Assembly: GCA_964016885.1 (NCBI GenBank) | Contig: OZ024743.1 | Span: 201,562,001-201,626,000 of the forward strand | Direction: 5' to 3' | DNA: 64,000 nucleotides | From: Eledone cirrhosa | Taxonomy: Eukaryota | Shown here: in pieces, positions 12,412 through 24,832 of the stretch | Position numbering within the stretch: the stretch's first letter is position 1 | How the letters are laid out: every line of letters starts with the position of its first letter | Program-made: the position numbers and the translations under genes | Notes under the pieces: generated by a model | What the model was told of the DNA's origin: nothing | The model's input: only the letters and a program-made list of their open reading frames with translations | Database searches by the model: none

Positions 12412-12826
12412 AACTGAACAAAAAGAAAAACAAACACAGACATATACATATATGTGTTCAAATCGTAAGGGACCAGATTCGCAAAGGTGAAAAGAATACT
12501 AACTATAGGCAATAGAGTTTATCAGACTTAATTTAAGAATAAATCAAGAAAAATTAATATTGCGAAACAGTATTATCAAAACTGTCCGGGTGATTGGTAG
12601 TTATCACAATTCTGCTTTGTATCTATTTATTTTCTTGATTTATTCTTAAATTATTTATTCTTAAATTATTTAAAGTATTTATTTATTTTCTTGATTTATT
12701 CTTAAATTAAGTCTGACAAACCCTATTACCTATAGTTAGTATTCTTTTCACCTTAGCGAATCTGGTCCCTTACGATTTGAACACATATATGTATATGTCT
12801 GTGTTCGTTTTTCTTTTTGTTCAGTT
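12412..12826. repeat. Foldback element, ~141-bp inverted arms
   Basis: Arms 12412-12552 and 12686-12826 with few mismatches. The spacer contains short duplications of the inner arm end. Confidence 0.85.
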
Positions 12827-12912
12827 ATATTTATGGCTCGGAAAAATCTCTTTCCTAGAGCTAATTTATTGTAAGAGACTATTTTGAGTTTCTAAATCAA
12901 TATATACCTTGG

Positions 12913-12947
<35 letters not shown>

Positions 12948-13257
12948 TATATCAATGAAAAAAGTGTTAGTTGATTTGTAATCAACTGACTCATATATAA
13001 CAGATGCCAAGCACTCAATGGTATATATTTATCTGGGGTATTATAATAATAATAATAGTAATACACAAAGGATGTATCCTTTATTTCATTCCTATTTATT
13101 TTATTATATATATTTCAAAGATGCAAAGTTTTATGTATAATATAAACCAGAACATGTCCTCTTCAGACAAAATACATACAAGATGTATAATTTTTCATAA
13201 TATGCTGGTAATCAAACGAGCTGGACAGATCGGTGGCCACCAAGCATATATATATAT

Positions 13258-13608
13258 GGAGGCACATGGCTTAGTGGTTAGAGCATTAGCCTTGCAATCG
13301 AAAGGTTGTGAGTTCAATTCTCAGACTGGGTGATGTGTTGTTTCCTTGGGCAAGACACTTTATTTCACATTGCTCTAGTTTACTCAGCTGTAGAAATGGT
13401 CGTGGAGGTGCCACGGAAAAAAGCACCCAGCCCACACTGTAAAGTGGACGTGTAGGCGCCACGGAAAAAAAAGCACCCAGCACTCACTGTAAATGTGGTT
13501 GGTGTTAGGAAGGGCATCCAGCTGTAGAAATCAAGCCAGAATCAGTTCCCGTCCCACCCTTGCAATCAAGGAAAAGCAGACGTAAAATGATGATGATGAT
13601 GATGATGA
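13258..13608 (+). mobile_element. SINE family A
   Basis: Full head, core and tail with a (GAT)n end. Confidence 0.9.
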
Positions 13609-13849
13609 TATACATATATATAGGGAGCTACAAACACTACTAGCTACAACAGGCTTTTCCTTCAAAATGAAGGGCAGAATGTATGATGTCTGTATATATG
13701 AACAGCAAATCCTTACACCCCCACCCTAGATCTACCTTTCTAATCCAGACGCTACATATGTACACCTCCCCTACTTCAGCCTTCAGTCCACACTGAATTT
13801 TCTTTTCTATTTTCCTCCTTTTCTGGATCTTACATCATTTCCTGAGATT

Positions 13850-14560
13850 AGTTCATTTAGTATTGATATTTCCCTCTCATTAATTCAATTTCTTTTTCAA
13901 TTTTACTTCTTCATTGTGGCTTTCTTTGTTTTTTGAGTGTTATACATCTTGTTTCAATTATCCGAGCTGATGCGTAACTAATTTCATTTAACTCAAGAAG
14001 ATCAGGTTCTAATATTTGTTGTTACATGGTTACCAATTTTTATTTGTTTTATTTTGGTTTGTATTTGAAAGATTTTGAAATGATTCTATATCATTTATAT
14101 TTGTATGTCTTATAACTGCTATTTCATTCAGAATTTTCTGCTTCACTTCGATCATTCTCTGTTCTTTAGTAAGTACTTGGTCTTCAAATTCTGTTTCTTT
14201 GGTCAAATGAGTACCCTTCAATTAAGACTCATGGCTAGCTACTCTCTTCATCCAAGTCTTCATCTCCTTCCTGTCTTATATTTAGGACAGTTTCTACTGC
14301 ATGTCTGATTGCAGTTAGTTCTGTATATGTGAGTTTATTAATTTTGAAGATATCCCTCTTAACACTTGCAAGCCTGTTTTTGTCCAAATAAGGTCTGCTA
14401 GCTTGATTTAACATTCTCTGTATTTTGAAAGAGTGTGTGGTGTGTCTCTCTTGAGAAGCCTTACTTAATGTACTTTAATAAGCATATATTACTTCCTTAC
14501 TCTCTTTCCAGGTCCATTTGATTCTTTTACATTTTTATTTTTGGGGTAGTTGTGGTGATG
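13850..14560 (-). mobile_element. Degenerate R4/Dong-like (RLE-type) LINE N-terminal fragment
   Basis: Minus translation KWTWKESKEVIYAY...RPYLDKNRLASVKRDIFKINKLTYTELTAIR...KQKILNEIAVIRHTNI resembles R4/Dong N-termini (recall). Contains stops. Confidence 0.5.
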
Positions 14561-15404
14561 GATTTGGAGGGCTTCGGTTGGTGTAGTTCCTATTCACGTG
14601 TCCATTCAGGTCTGTATTTGGAGAAGGGTTGTGCCAGTGGATGACTTTTCAACCTCAAGCTGGCCCTTTCCTGAGGGACACACTGCCTGATTAGATATAG
14701 AAAAAGCGATTTGGTGTACTATTTTAATTTTTCTTTTACCCATAAAGCATTTTTGTATTAGTGATTTTAAAAATTGTTTTGTTTTTTGTTGTTGTGGGTG
14801 ATAATGTTCATGGGGTTTGTTTTTTGATTCTTACTACTTCTTTTGACTGGCTCAAGATCAGCAACGTCATCTATAAATAGATTATTGTAGCCTTTTCCTT
14901 TGAAGTCTCTAAAGCTGCTATCAAGTCTTGTCATGCTCTTTTAACAGAAAGTGTTGAGGATGAGATTATTTATGTCACAATTAATTTGTTCTTTTTCTTG
15001 GAGATTTTGAGAAGACACTGTAGCTTATGAGAAATTATTACTTTGAAAATTTGAAAAAAATTCTTTGCCTGCTCCATCTTTAAAAGAAATTTGTTCTGGT
15101 CATCTAATGATGGATCAAAATGTGTAAAAGAAATTGCCAAAATAAGTACAAAAATTGAACATAAATTTACTACCGACACAAACCATGTGTACCTTGGGAC
15201 CTTTCCTCCTTCTCTTCATTATCATTATTATTGGCATTAATTCAAATCCCACTGAGTTTAACTTTGCCTTTCATCCTTATGGGGTTGATAAAATAAAGTA
15301 CCAGTAATGCATTGGAGTTGATTTCATCAACTTTCCCCTTCATAAACATTGCTGGCCTTGTGCTTGAATCAGAAACCATTATTATTTTTATCATCATTAT
15401 TATT

Positions 15405-16135
15405 ATTAGTGGAGGGGAAGAGTGACGACATTCTTGGGGAAACTCTAGGCGTCGACGAAAATCAACTAGCCAATCTCTTCGGAAGGACTTTTGGGCCGGG
15501 GCCTATGGACAACTTCCAGAAATCCCTGGCCTGGCAGTGCTACCGAGGAGCTTTGCCAGTTCGGGATAAACTCTACAGGCATGGAGGTGCCGTCAGCCGG
15601 GCATGTCCGAGATGCGCGCAGGGCGACGAAACCGTCCTGCATTCACTCGTCCAGTGTCCGAGCATTGCTGACTTGTGGGTTTATGTTGAACACCTGCTGT
15701 CACGTGTAGGATGGATCCAGCTGTCAGCTGAGTCCATCATGAGGATTGCCCCGCCCTCTTCCTTTAGCCGGGAAGGGCAGGCAGTTTTTATCTGTCTGGT
15801 GGCCATGGCGAAAGAGATAGTATGGTGGACACGTTTGAAAGGGGTGAAGATGAGCACTTACCTCTTCGGTGATGCCCTGATTAACTTTTTCAAATTTCAT
15901 TTGAAAAGGAAAATCAGGGTAGAGAGGAAAATGCTCTCTTCCCAGCATTTTGTTGAAAGATGGGTGAGAGAAGCAAGTATCGCCCGAGTGAATGGGCCTA
16001 CATCCTGTTTTTGTTTTTTTTACATGCAGAAATGCCCATTTGTACCATCCTGTATTGTCCTGTACTGTCCTTAATGTCTACTTTATGTAAACCCTTGTGG
16101 TTAATAAAGAAAGCATTATTATTATTATTATTATT
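15405..16135 (+). mobile_element. 5'-truncated tandem copy of the Tx1-like LINE 3' end
   Basis: Near-identical to 21299-22070, including the C-terminal CPRC...H...C motif. Carries a ~66-nt deletion, AATAAA and an (ATT)n tail. Confidence 0.92.
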
Positions 16136-16352
16136 GAATGCTATGGTTGACGGAGGCTCGGCTCTGTAAGGTATTGTAAATTTTGACCGCTATAACAATT
16201 GTAAATTGTTTAAAACTTTAACCAACTTGTAGACAAAAACGCCCTCCTCCTCGTGAGAGGGGTCTTTCTGCCCGTTATTTAGCCCTTCGGGGTTAAATAA
16301 CTGCTTATTGGGGTTTTGTGCCCAATATTTATTTTAAACAAAAAAAAACAAC

Positions 16353-18459
16353 ATGGCTACGAAAAAGAATTTTCATAGGTCACTCCCACTCATTCCGTCT
16401 TCTTCTTCCTCAATCGTCACTACAGCAGAGAGAAGATTGTCTCTCTCCCTCTCTTTTTTAAATGTGTCTCTCTCCCTCCCTTCTCTTTCGCAAGCGACGA
16501 CAGAAAAGAAAAGTCTCGTGCAAAGCGTGCAAGATTTCTCCACGACGACAACGACGAAACATTGTGCGGGAAATACGAAAACCCATTTCATTCGTCTGAC
16601 GTCAGGAATAATAGCAGTAGCAGCCGTAATAACAACAGCAACAGTGACAATGAAAACAACAGTAGCAACCGCAACAGCATCAGCAGCAGCATAAACAACA
16701 ACAGCATTAGCAGCAGCAACAACAACAACAACCGCAGCAACAGCGGCGGCGGCAGTAGTCGTAGTACCTGCAGCAACAAAAAAAGTAACAGCAGCTCTGA
16801 CGACAGCAACAGCAACAACAGCAGCAAAGAAAAACCAATCTCGTTTGCAGGTATCGCAAAGAACCTGGAAACCATCCTCATAACAAATGAGGAATTAGAG
16901 GAAGCGAAGAAGATGGTGACAAAAACTGGACACCGAGCAATCTGCAAGGCAGCGGAAAAATTTTTCGAAACCCAACAGCACTGTACGGTCACGTACCGTA
17001 CAGTAAGTACAAAATCCCGTAGGGTTGAAAGAGCCACAGAGTCTCAAATACAAAAAGCCTTGGGGTCTGTGTAGCAGCGGAAAACGCACATCACCCGAGG
17101 CAAGAAATATGCCACCATAGATGTACTTTTTGCCACACCCCAGGAGGCAAAGGATCAATCCTTAGTGACCCTAAGGAGCGAGGAAATGGTGTTGGTGCCC
17201 TCCTACTGTGGGCAAAAAATTGTGAGGCTCAAACTGACCCACGTCCCCCCCCCCCCCCCGGGATGGCCCCTTCTTGGCTGGCCGCGTCTGTCCTCGTCGG
17301 AATCGAGGACAAAACAACTGTACTGCAAGTACAGAAAAAAGTAAGAGAAGATTGGGTCGGCACCTCCATTGAGATGTTAAACCAAACCAACCAGGAGTGC
17401 ATCGAAGCTATCGGGGATGTGATAGACTTCGATAACGGTACTCAACTGCCCATAAGTGTTGAGGGCAAACGCCCGAAATGCTTTTGCTGTGGATCGAAGA
17501 CTTACCTCAGGGCCTTCTGCAACGAGAAGACTCTGAGAAAGGAGAAAACCCCCTTCCTTCCGAAACCAGCTCCACGGCTACCAGCAACAGGACAAGCGGC
17601 AACCAGGAACGATAGGTCCGTGGCACCCATACCCACGCCACGGAAATCAAAAACAGCAGCAGCAGTGGAAGTATTAACAACAACAACAGCAATACCAAAT
17701 GCAGCTGCAACAGAGACTCCAGTGCAAACATCACCAACAACAACAAGTGAAAGAGTGAATCTGGTACCCCTCCCCGACCTCACAGAATCAGACATGGAGT
17801 GTGAGGTGGGAGAGGGATAGCAAAAGGTCGTAAGAAGGCACAAACGCAGAAGCAGCGCATCGTCGCCTTTGAAAAGGGAGGAAAGAAATGAAAAAAGGGT
17901 AAAGTCTACTGCAAAGAGACTCACAGCAGCAACACCACCAACACCATCACCACCCACACTAGCACCACCATCACCACCGGCGACAACCCCACCGCCAACA
18001 ACACCTTCAACACCACCACCACAAGCACCAACATCGCAAACACAACAACAAAACACACACACCCAGCAACAACGACAAGAAAATAGCAGAACCACACCCG
18101 ACCCCCAGAAAAACAAATGCACGGCAATAAATACACACAACAAGAAACTAATGACTTACATAATTGAACACACAGACATTTCACAACACGACTACATAAT
18201 ACCAGCACCAATCAAAACGCCAACTAACATAAGACTGCTAAAAATAGCACAGAAACAATACACAAACATTAAAACGAAATTCCCCAACGCTGTTGGAGAT
18301 TTCAGAGACCTAGGAGGAACTATCAACCGAAGAGTATATTCGGACATACTCATAGAAGAGCCGACGACCAGCCGAAGGGACGATTCAACGGTCCCTTCAC
18401 CAGACGATCAAGTGAAAAGGGATGGAAAAACCATCCCTCCTCTACGAAAAGTACGGTAA
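16353..18459 (+). pseudogene. Tx1-like ORF1 (gag-like), disrupted
   Basis: SFA motif, degenerate zinc knuckle CFCCGSKTYLRAFC, Pro/Thr-rich tail. TAG stops at 17072 and 17818, poly-C frameshift at ~17245-17260. The 5' start is uncertain. Confidence 0.7.
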
Positions 18460-18494
18460 GTGGTCTTTCCCATCTTTTCCACTCTATTTTAAAC

Positions 18495-21400
18495 ATGACC
18501 TCACTCAGAATAGGCAGCATAAATGCGCGTGGATTGGGGTCGTCATGGAAGCAGGGTCACCTGCTCAACGACCTCAGGTCACTAAACATAGATGTAGTGG
18601 CTATCAGCGAGACCAGAATCTCCGAAGCACGGGCCTTCGCACCGATCTTCGGAGGCTACGATGTGTACGCATCTCCCAGCCGTCCTGGATCGGGGGGAGG
18701 AGTTGCTGTGCTTTTTCGGAGAAGTTTGGATCTCGCCATACGGGCCATCTTCCTGGACCCAGAGGGTAAGTTGGTGGTGCTGGACGTGACCAGCGGAGAC
18801 GGGCATGGTTTCAGTCTAGAGGCCGTCTATGCCCCGACAGGGGCAGGGCGGCTTGATTTCTTCCGGCGTCTGGAGACCTTTCTTGGAACGTCCCGCTCTT
18901 TAGTGTTAGTGGGCGACTGGAACGGAATCTTAGATGCACGCTGGGACTGTGTGGGATTAGCGGATAGGGGTGGAGGGTGCAAGAGCCTCACCAACCTGCT
19001 CAGGCGTTTTCAACTATCTGACAGGTACCGATTGGATTTCCCGAATGTGCCAATGTGGACTTGGACAAATCGCATAGGGTCATCCAGATCATATCTAGAT
19101 AGAGTATTTTGTAGGGAAATAGATAGGTCTAGCATAGGCTGTCCACAATTCAAGATAGTCAGCTACACGGACCACAAATTCGTGATCTGTGTGCTTAACT
19201 TAGATAGGCTTCATAGACGAGGACCCGGCTACTGGAAGCTAAACGCGTCCTTACCAGCGCGCAAGGCCTACAGAGAGCGGATTAGCGAACTAGTTAAGCG
19301 GGCGTTGACGGGGGCCATCGTCAACAACAAGTGGTGGTTTGCTCTGAAAAGAGCGATTAGAATAGAATCCATTAGGTTTAGTAAGGCTTTAGCAATAGAG
19401 AAAAATAGAGCAGAGGGAGAACTAGTTAGAAAATTAGACGAGGCGCTTAGCAAAGGCATTGTGACCGACGTGCTTGCGGCGAAATTGGCCCTTGACCAAT
19501 TCTTCAATGCAAAGCACGAAGGCTGCGTTGTCAGAGCAAGGGTGCGTGCTATCAGACACGAGGGGACGAAAGCCGTTCAATGGGCCCGAGTGGCGGAGGC
19601 GCGTCGTGGCAACAAAGCCACGATCCAGTCTTTGGTGGACCACGACGGGCGCATGCTACTCGATCCCAGGCAAATGTGTGAAGCTTTTCAGCGACACTTC
19701 GCTCAGCTGTTCGGGGGCAGCGGTGGGCCGGGTCGAGGGATGGACTTTAGGGTCTACCTCGACGGACTGCCGCGGCTCTCGGCCACTGAGGCGAAGTGTT
19801 GCGAAAAGCCGATAACAGCCGCTGAAGTAAGGGAGGCAATGACTGGCTGCACAAGGGGTAAATCGCCTGGTTTGGATGGTCTGCCCTATGAACTTTACGT
19901 ACAGATGCCAGACTTGTTCGGAGGCCTCTTGGCGGACGTCTAGTGTAACTGGCAACAGAACGGGAGAATTCCCAGTTCTGTGAGCCGTGGAGTGGTGGCA
20001 CTGCTGAGAAAGGATCCGAACAAGGGGGATAACATAGATAATTTCCGGCCCATAACTCTGCTAAACACAAAGTTCAAGATTTTGGCCAAGGTGCTAGCAA
20101 AGAGGTTGGCGCTTGTCGTTGGTGGTCTGGTCGGAGAGGCGCAGACATGCGCCATTCCCGACAGATCCATCCACGACAACCTCCACCTCATGCGATACAT
20201 CGTAGAGAGGGTAGCTAGGGAACCTGGCACGGGTGGGTCCTTGATCAATTTAGATCAGTCGAAAGCTTTCGATAGGGTCGACCATCGTTACCTAGCGGCA
20301 GTGCTGAGGGCGGCTGGCTTTGGGCCCGTCTTCAGAGGCTGGATCGCTGCCATGCACAGCGACATCTGCTCTGTGGTGAGAGTGAACGGTCACCTGTCGG
20401 AACCGTTCAACAGCATGCGCTCGGTCCGCCAAGGATGTCCCCTCTCGTCCCTCTTGTACGTATTGACTCACGAGCCATTACTGCACAAACTGGAAACGTT
20501 GAGGGGCGTCCCGCGCGAACTAGGATGCGGAAGATCCGTGTCAGCATATGCGGACGATGTCACCGTAGTGGTGTCGAACGCCAAACACATCGAGGCGATC
20601 GGCACTACACTAAGAGAATACGAAGCGGTGACAGGAGCAATGATCAACCAGGAAAAGTCAGTGGGCCTGCAGCTCGTCACCTGGAGAGGCAGGTCCATGC
20701 CGTCCAACAGCGTCGTCGGACGCTGGACGGACGGACCGGTTAAATTGCTAGGGGTCTGGTTCGGTCCGGACCTCCAGACGGACAAAAACTGGGATGAGGT
20801 GCCGAGCAGTGTGGCTTCTCTCACCCAGAAATGGGCGGAGAGGAAGCTATCCCTGAAAGTTCGAACGGAGGTGGCTAACGCGTACATTGCGTCCGTCATC
20901 TGCTACCGCCTGACCGTCGTATATTGTCCTAAGTCTCGCCTGACTGCGCTGGAGCGTTTACTCTTTCGCTTTTTGTGGAAGGGACGCGCTCCGATGGCCA
21001 GGCGGTCCATCTGTTGTCAACACCCGCTACGTGGAGGGCTGGGCATGCCGTGGCTGATGATGCGCAGGCACGCGCTCAGGCTACGACATCTCCACCTCTT
21101 CCTCGACGGTGATCAGGTGTGGTCGCCGTTTGCTAGACACGTATTTCCCCAGCTCGTTTCCTTGACGGAGCTGCAGTCCTGGGTCAAGCGAAGACCGAGA
21201 GGGAGCGCCTGGAGACTGGAATGTCTTCAGGCGCTCACAGCCCTCGACCAATCGGGCAATGTGATCGGTGGAAACTTCACCTCGGCGTTCTATAGAGGAT
21301 TAGTGGAGGGGAAGAGCGACGACGTACTTGGGGAAACTCTAGGCGTCGACGAAAATCAACTAGCCAATCTCTTCGGAAGAACTTTCGGGCCGGGGCCTAT

Positions 21401-21914
21401 GGACAACTTCCAGAAATCTCTGGAATAGCAGTGCTACCGAGGAGCCTTGCCAGTTCGGGATAAACTCTACAGGCATGGAGGTGCCGTCAGGCGGGCATGT
21501 CCGAGATGCGCGCAGGGCGACGAAACCGTCCTGCACGCACTCGTCCAGTGTCCGAAAATTGCTGACTTGTGGGTTTATGTCGAACACCTGCTGTCGCGTG
21601 TAGGACGGATCCGGCTATCATCTGAGTCCATCGTGAGGATTGCCCCGCCCTCCTCCTTTAGCCGGGAAGGGCAGGCAGTTTTTATCTGTCTGGTGGCCAT
21701 GGCGAAAGTGATAGTATGGTGGACACGTTTGAAAGGGCTGAAGACGAGCACTTACCTCTTCGGTGATGCCCTGATTGACTTTTTCAAATTTCATTTGAAA
21801 AGGAAAATCAGAGTAGAGAGGGAAGTGCTCTCTTCCCAGCATTTTGTTGAAAGATGGGTGAGAGAAGCAAGAATGGCCCGAGTGAATGGGCCTACTCTGA
21901 GTATATATCTGTAA
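18495..21914 (+). pseudogene. Tx1-like ORF2 (APE endonuclease, reverse transcriptase, CCHC), two in-frame TAG stops
   Basis: One frame throughout. Motifs SINARG, ISET, GDWN, SYLDRVF, YTDH, KSPGLDG, FRPITLLN, LDQSKAFD, RQGCPLS, AYADD, CPRC-H-C. Stops at 19941 and 21426. Confidence 0.93.
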
Positions 21915-22068
21915 ATTAAAGGTGGAAAACTGGGAGAGGGCACTTCTTTGTTATTTTATTACATCCTCTGTTTTTTACACGCAGAAATGCCCATTTGTAC
22001 CGTCCTGTATTGTCCTGTACTGTCCTTAATGTCTACTTTATGTAAACCCATGTGGTTAATAAAGAAAA

Positions 22069-22128
<60 letters not shown>

Positions 22129-22130
22129 CA

Positions 22131-22335
22131 TTTTTAGTTCGCATCATTACTGCTTTACTGAGCACAGCTCTGTGTGCCTTGGGTATGAGCAGTTTAGTTT
22201 TTGTTGATGTTGTTTCTATTGTATTGATAATACTTTTCATAAAATGTGTGCAGTGCCTAGTAGTGCAATCTTTTGTATGCTGTATATATTTGTAAATCCT
22301 GGGGTTTTGGCTATGTATTTATCTGTGTGTTTTTT
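22131..22335 (-). mobile_element. R4/Dong-like LINE 3' end
   Basis: Minus translation ...YSIQKIALLGTAHIL, typical of an RLE-LINE C-terminus, followed by a short UTR and (TAA)n. Confidence 0.65.
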
Positions 22336-22483
22336 ATCATTCATAGAGCACCTATTATTATAGGTACTAGAAGAAAAATCACCGTTCAGCTGGTTTTCTG
22401 CTACTTTGTGTAGTGTGCATATTGATATTATATGCAAATATATATGTATCTAGATATGATACATCAAATAAAATCGTAATTGA

Positions 22484-22817
22484 CATCATTTCATTTTACG
22501 TCCGCTTTTTCCCTGCTTGCAAGGGTGGGACGGGAACTGATTTTGGCTTGATTTCTACAGCTGGATGCCCTTCCTAACAGCAACCTAATTTACAGTAAGT
22601 GCTGGTTGCTTTTTTGCCGTGACACCTCCACGACCACTTTGCAGTGGAATGATATGGACCCCAGTCCCTATCATCTCATTTCTACAGCTGAGTAAACTGG
22701 AGCAATGTGAAATAAAGTGCCTTGCTCAAGGAAACAACACATCACCCGGTCTGAGAGTTGAACTCACAACCTTTCGATTGCAAGCCCAATGCTCTAACCA
22801 CTAAGCCATGTGCCTCC
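22484..22817 (-). mobile_element. SINE family A
   Basis: Full-length minus-strand copy. Confidence 0.9.
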
Positions 22818-24464
22818 ATGACAATATGCACAGAAATTGAAAAGAGGCTGTGTTACACAGTCTTCTGTAATCAGTAGAGTAATCTATGATACATTTAAAA
22901 GCGATGATATTATATATAAACTACATTATGGTGAAATGTAATGAAAACAAAAAAGGAGAAAATTACTGACAGAAATATAAATGTTATGATATAACGATGC
23001 AGATATATGAAAGTTTATATAAGCGATGTGATATAGCGTCTGTTATATCATAACTGGAAGTAATGACATTTGAAAATTTTAAAAGAAGTGAATCTTAAAA
23101 TAAGCAATCATTATATATAAGAATATTTATGTTTAATCAACAGCTACGAAATTTAGTACATAAATTATGTAATATTCATTCATTATTTATTCAAAGTAAT
23201 CCAACTTATTTTACTAACGGGATAAAAAATATATATCCAGGACACAGTCCTGCACTTCCCCTTTCATCATCATCATCATCATCATTTTACATCTGCTTTT
23301 CCCTGCTTGCAAGGGTTGGACAGGTCCTATTCAGCACAGCATCTCTTTATATTTGGAGAGTTTCTCTATTTCCTTGGAAGATATATTGTCGTCTGTGAGG
23401 ATAGATACATCTATTAAAAAGCATTTTTTCTTTGTGGTTTTTTACTACATCTGGTCGGTTGGCCTTGATCTCTCCGTCTGTATGTATTGGCAGAGAATGG
23501 TTGCTTTGTCATTCTCTGAGACTATTGTTATTATTTTTATTATTATTAGATGATTTAGGCTTTTCCAAATCTTCCATTGTAACTCATGCACTATATGTAT
23601 GCCAAATGTATGCTGAGATTGAATTTTTATTTCTTTTAGTTGGGTTCAAAATGAATGGTTGTGCTTATGCTATCTGACTTTGAATCTATTGGCTGTTAAG
23701 CCTATATAAGATTTACTAGCTTTGGTGTTCTGACTGTATATTAATTGCTACATTGCTAATTAAATACTTTTCATTTAAATGTCAACCATTTCTATTATTG
23801 CATTTGTAGTTTGCATTATTTCTATAATTGTAATTGACTATAATTAAATGTTCCATTCATTTAGCTAGCTTGGAAGAGAAGATATTTTGTGTTAAATTGG
23901 GCATGACAGAATAAGATACTTTAACAGTGTTTCTGTTAATGACCTTATAGTACCTGTGCTTGAAAAGATAATTATTTCTAAGTAATGGCCATTTCAAGAT
24001 AAAATGGCGATTTATACTAAATAAGACATCTTGACTTATTTTCTCTTTCTATGCTTATCCTAAATCTACAGCAATTCAATGGCTTATTCTATGTTGATAT
24101 AGATTATATTTCCTCTTGAAATGCAAATTAATTTTGTTATAGGTAAAATTAACCATTTTAGTTCAATATTTCTAGTGAAATACTGTGTATTTTAATTAAT
24201 CATTGAAGAATTTAAGGGGTATACACTAAAATTATAGTCTTGTTGTAATAACATTTGTAACATAAAATGCTGTTATATAAAATCATCTTGGAAGGTTTTG
24301 TTTTAGAGAAACAAAGGTGGTTTGGGGCATGTTGATATCAAAAGAGTAAACATAACATATCACATAACTTTAATGGATGTAAGTATTTATTTATCTTATT
24401 ATTATGCATATGGCTTACTGTATAATGTATGCACAAATATTTTGTATTTTATCAAATATTTCAA

Positions 24465-24832
24465 AAGATCACAAATACAAGTGGCTGAAATGAAGTTCCT
24501 CTGAAGGGTCTTTGGAGTAATATTAACTGATAGAGTGCATAGCTCGGAAATCAGAGACTCACTTCAGGTAGAGCCGCTACTATGGGCATGTGGTTAAAAT
24601 TCACAGGAAACAATTATGGACAGATTTTACGGGAAAAACCAACTAGCAGGGCCCCAAGGGTAGACCCTGAGCAAGATGGTTGGATAAGATCCATGAGCTT
24701 GGTTGGTCTTGCTTGGGGATCCAGCCAGATCATTTGAAGATGGTTGCTTTTGACAGGACCTGCTGGAAGGAATGTTTGAGGACTCTACCTCCATGACCCT
24801 GTTGGAATAAGTGGTTGAAGAAGAAGAAGATT
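24465..24832 (+). mobile_element. Degenerate RTE (Expander/Rex3-like) LINE 3' fragment
   Basis: QIQVAEMKFL*RVFGVILTDRVHSSEIRDSLQVEPLL motif; (GAA)n tail. Confidence 0.6.

Larger units (their letters stand above)
16136..22130 (+). mobile_element. Near full-length L1/Tx1-clade LINE inserted in (TTA)n
   Basis: 5' leader, ORF1 with zinc knuckle, ORF2 with APE-RT-CCHC, 3' UTR with AATAAA and (TTA)n tail. Confidence 0.92.

Noticed and set aside
13258-13330. tRNA genes
   Set aside because: The tRNA-like A/B boxes are SINE heads without a full cloverleaf and continue into core and tail modules.
16230-16312. HDV-like ribozyme suggested by TCCTCGT followed by a hairpin
   Set aside because: No P1 partner or P1.1/P2 pairing could be fitted by eye; kept only as a generic structured leader.
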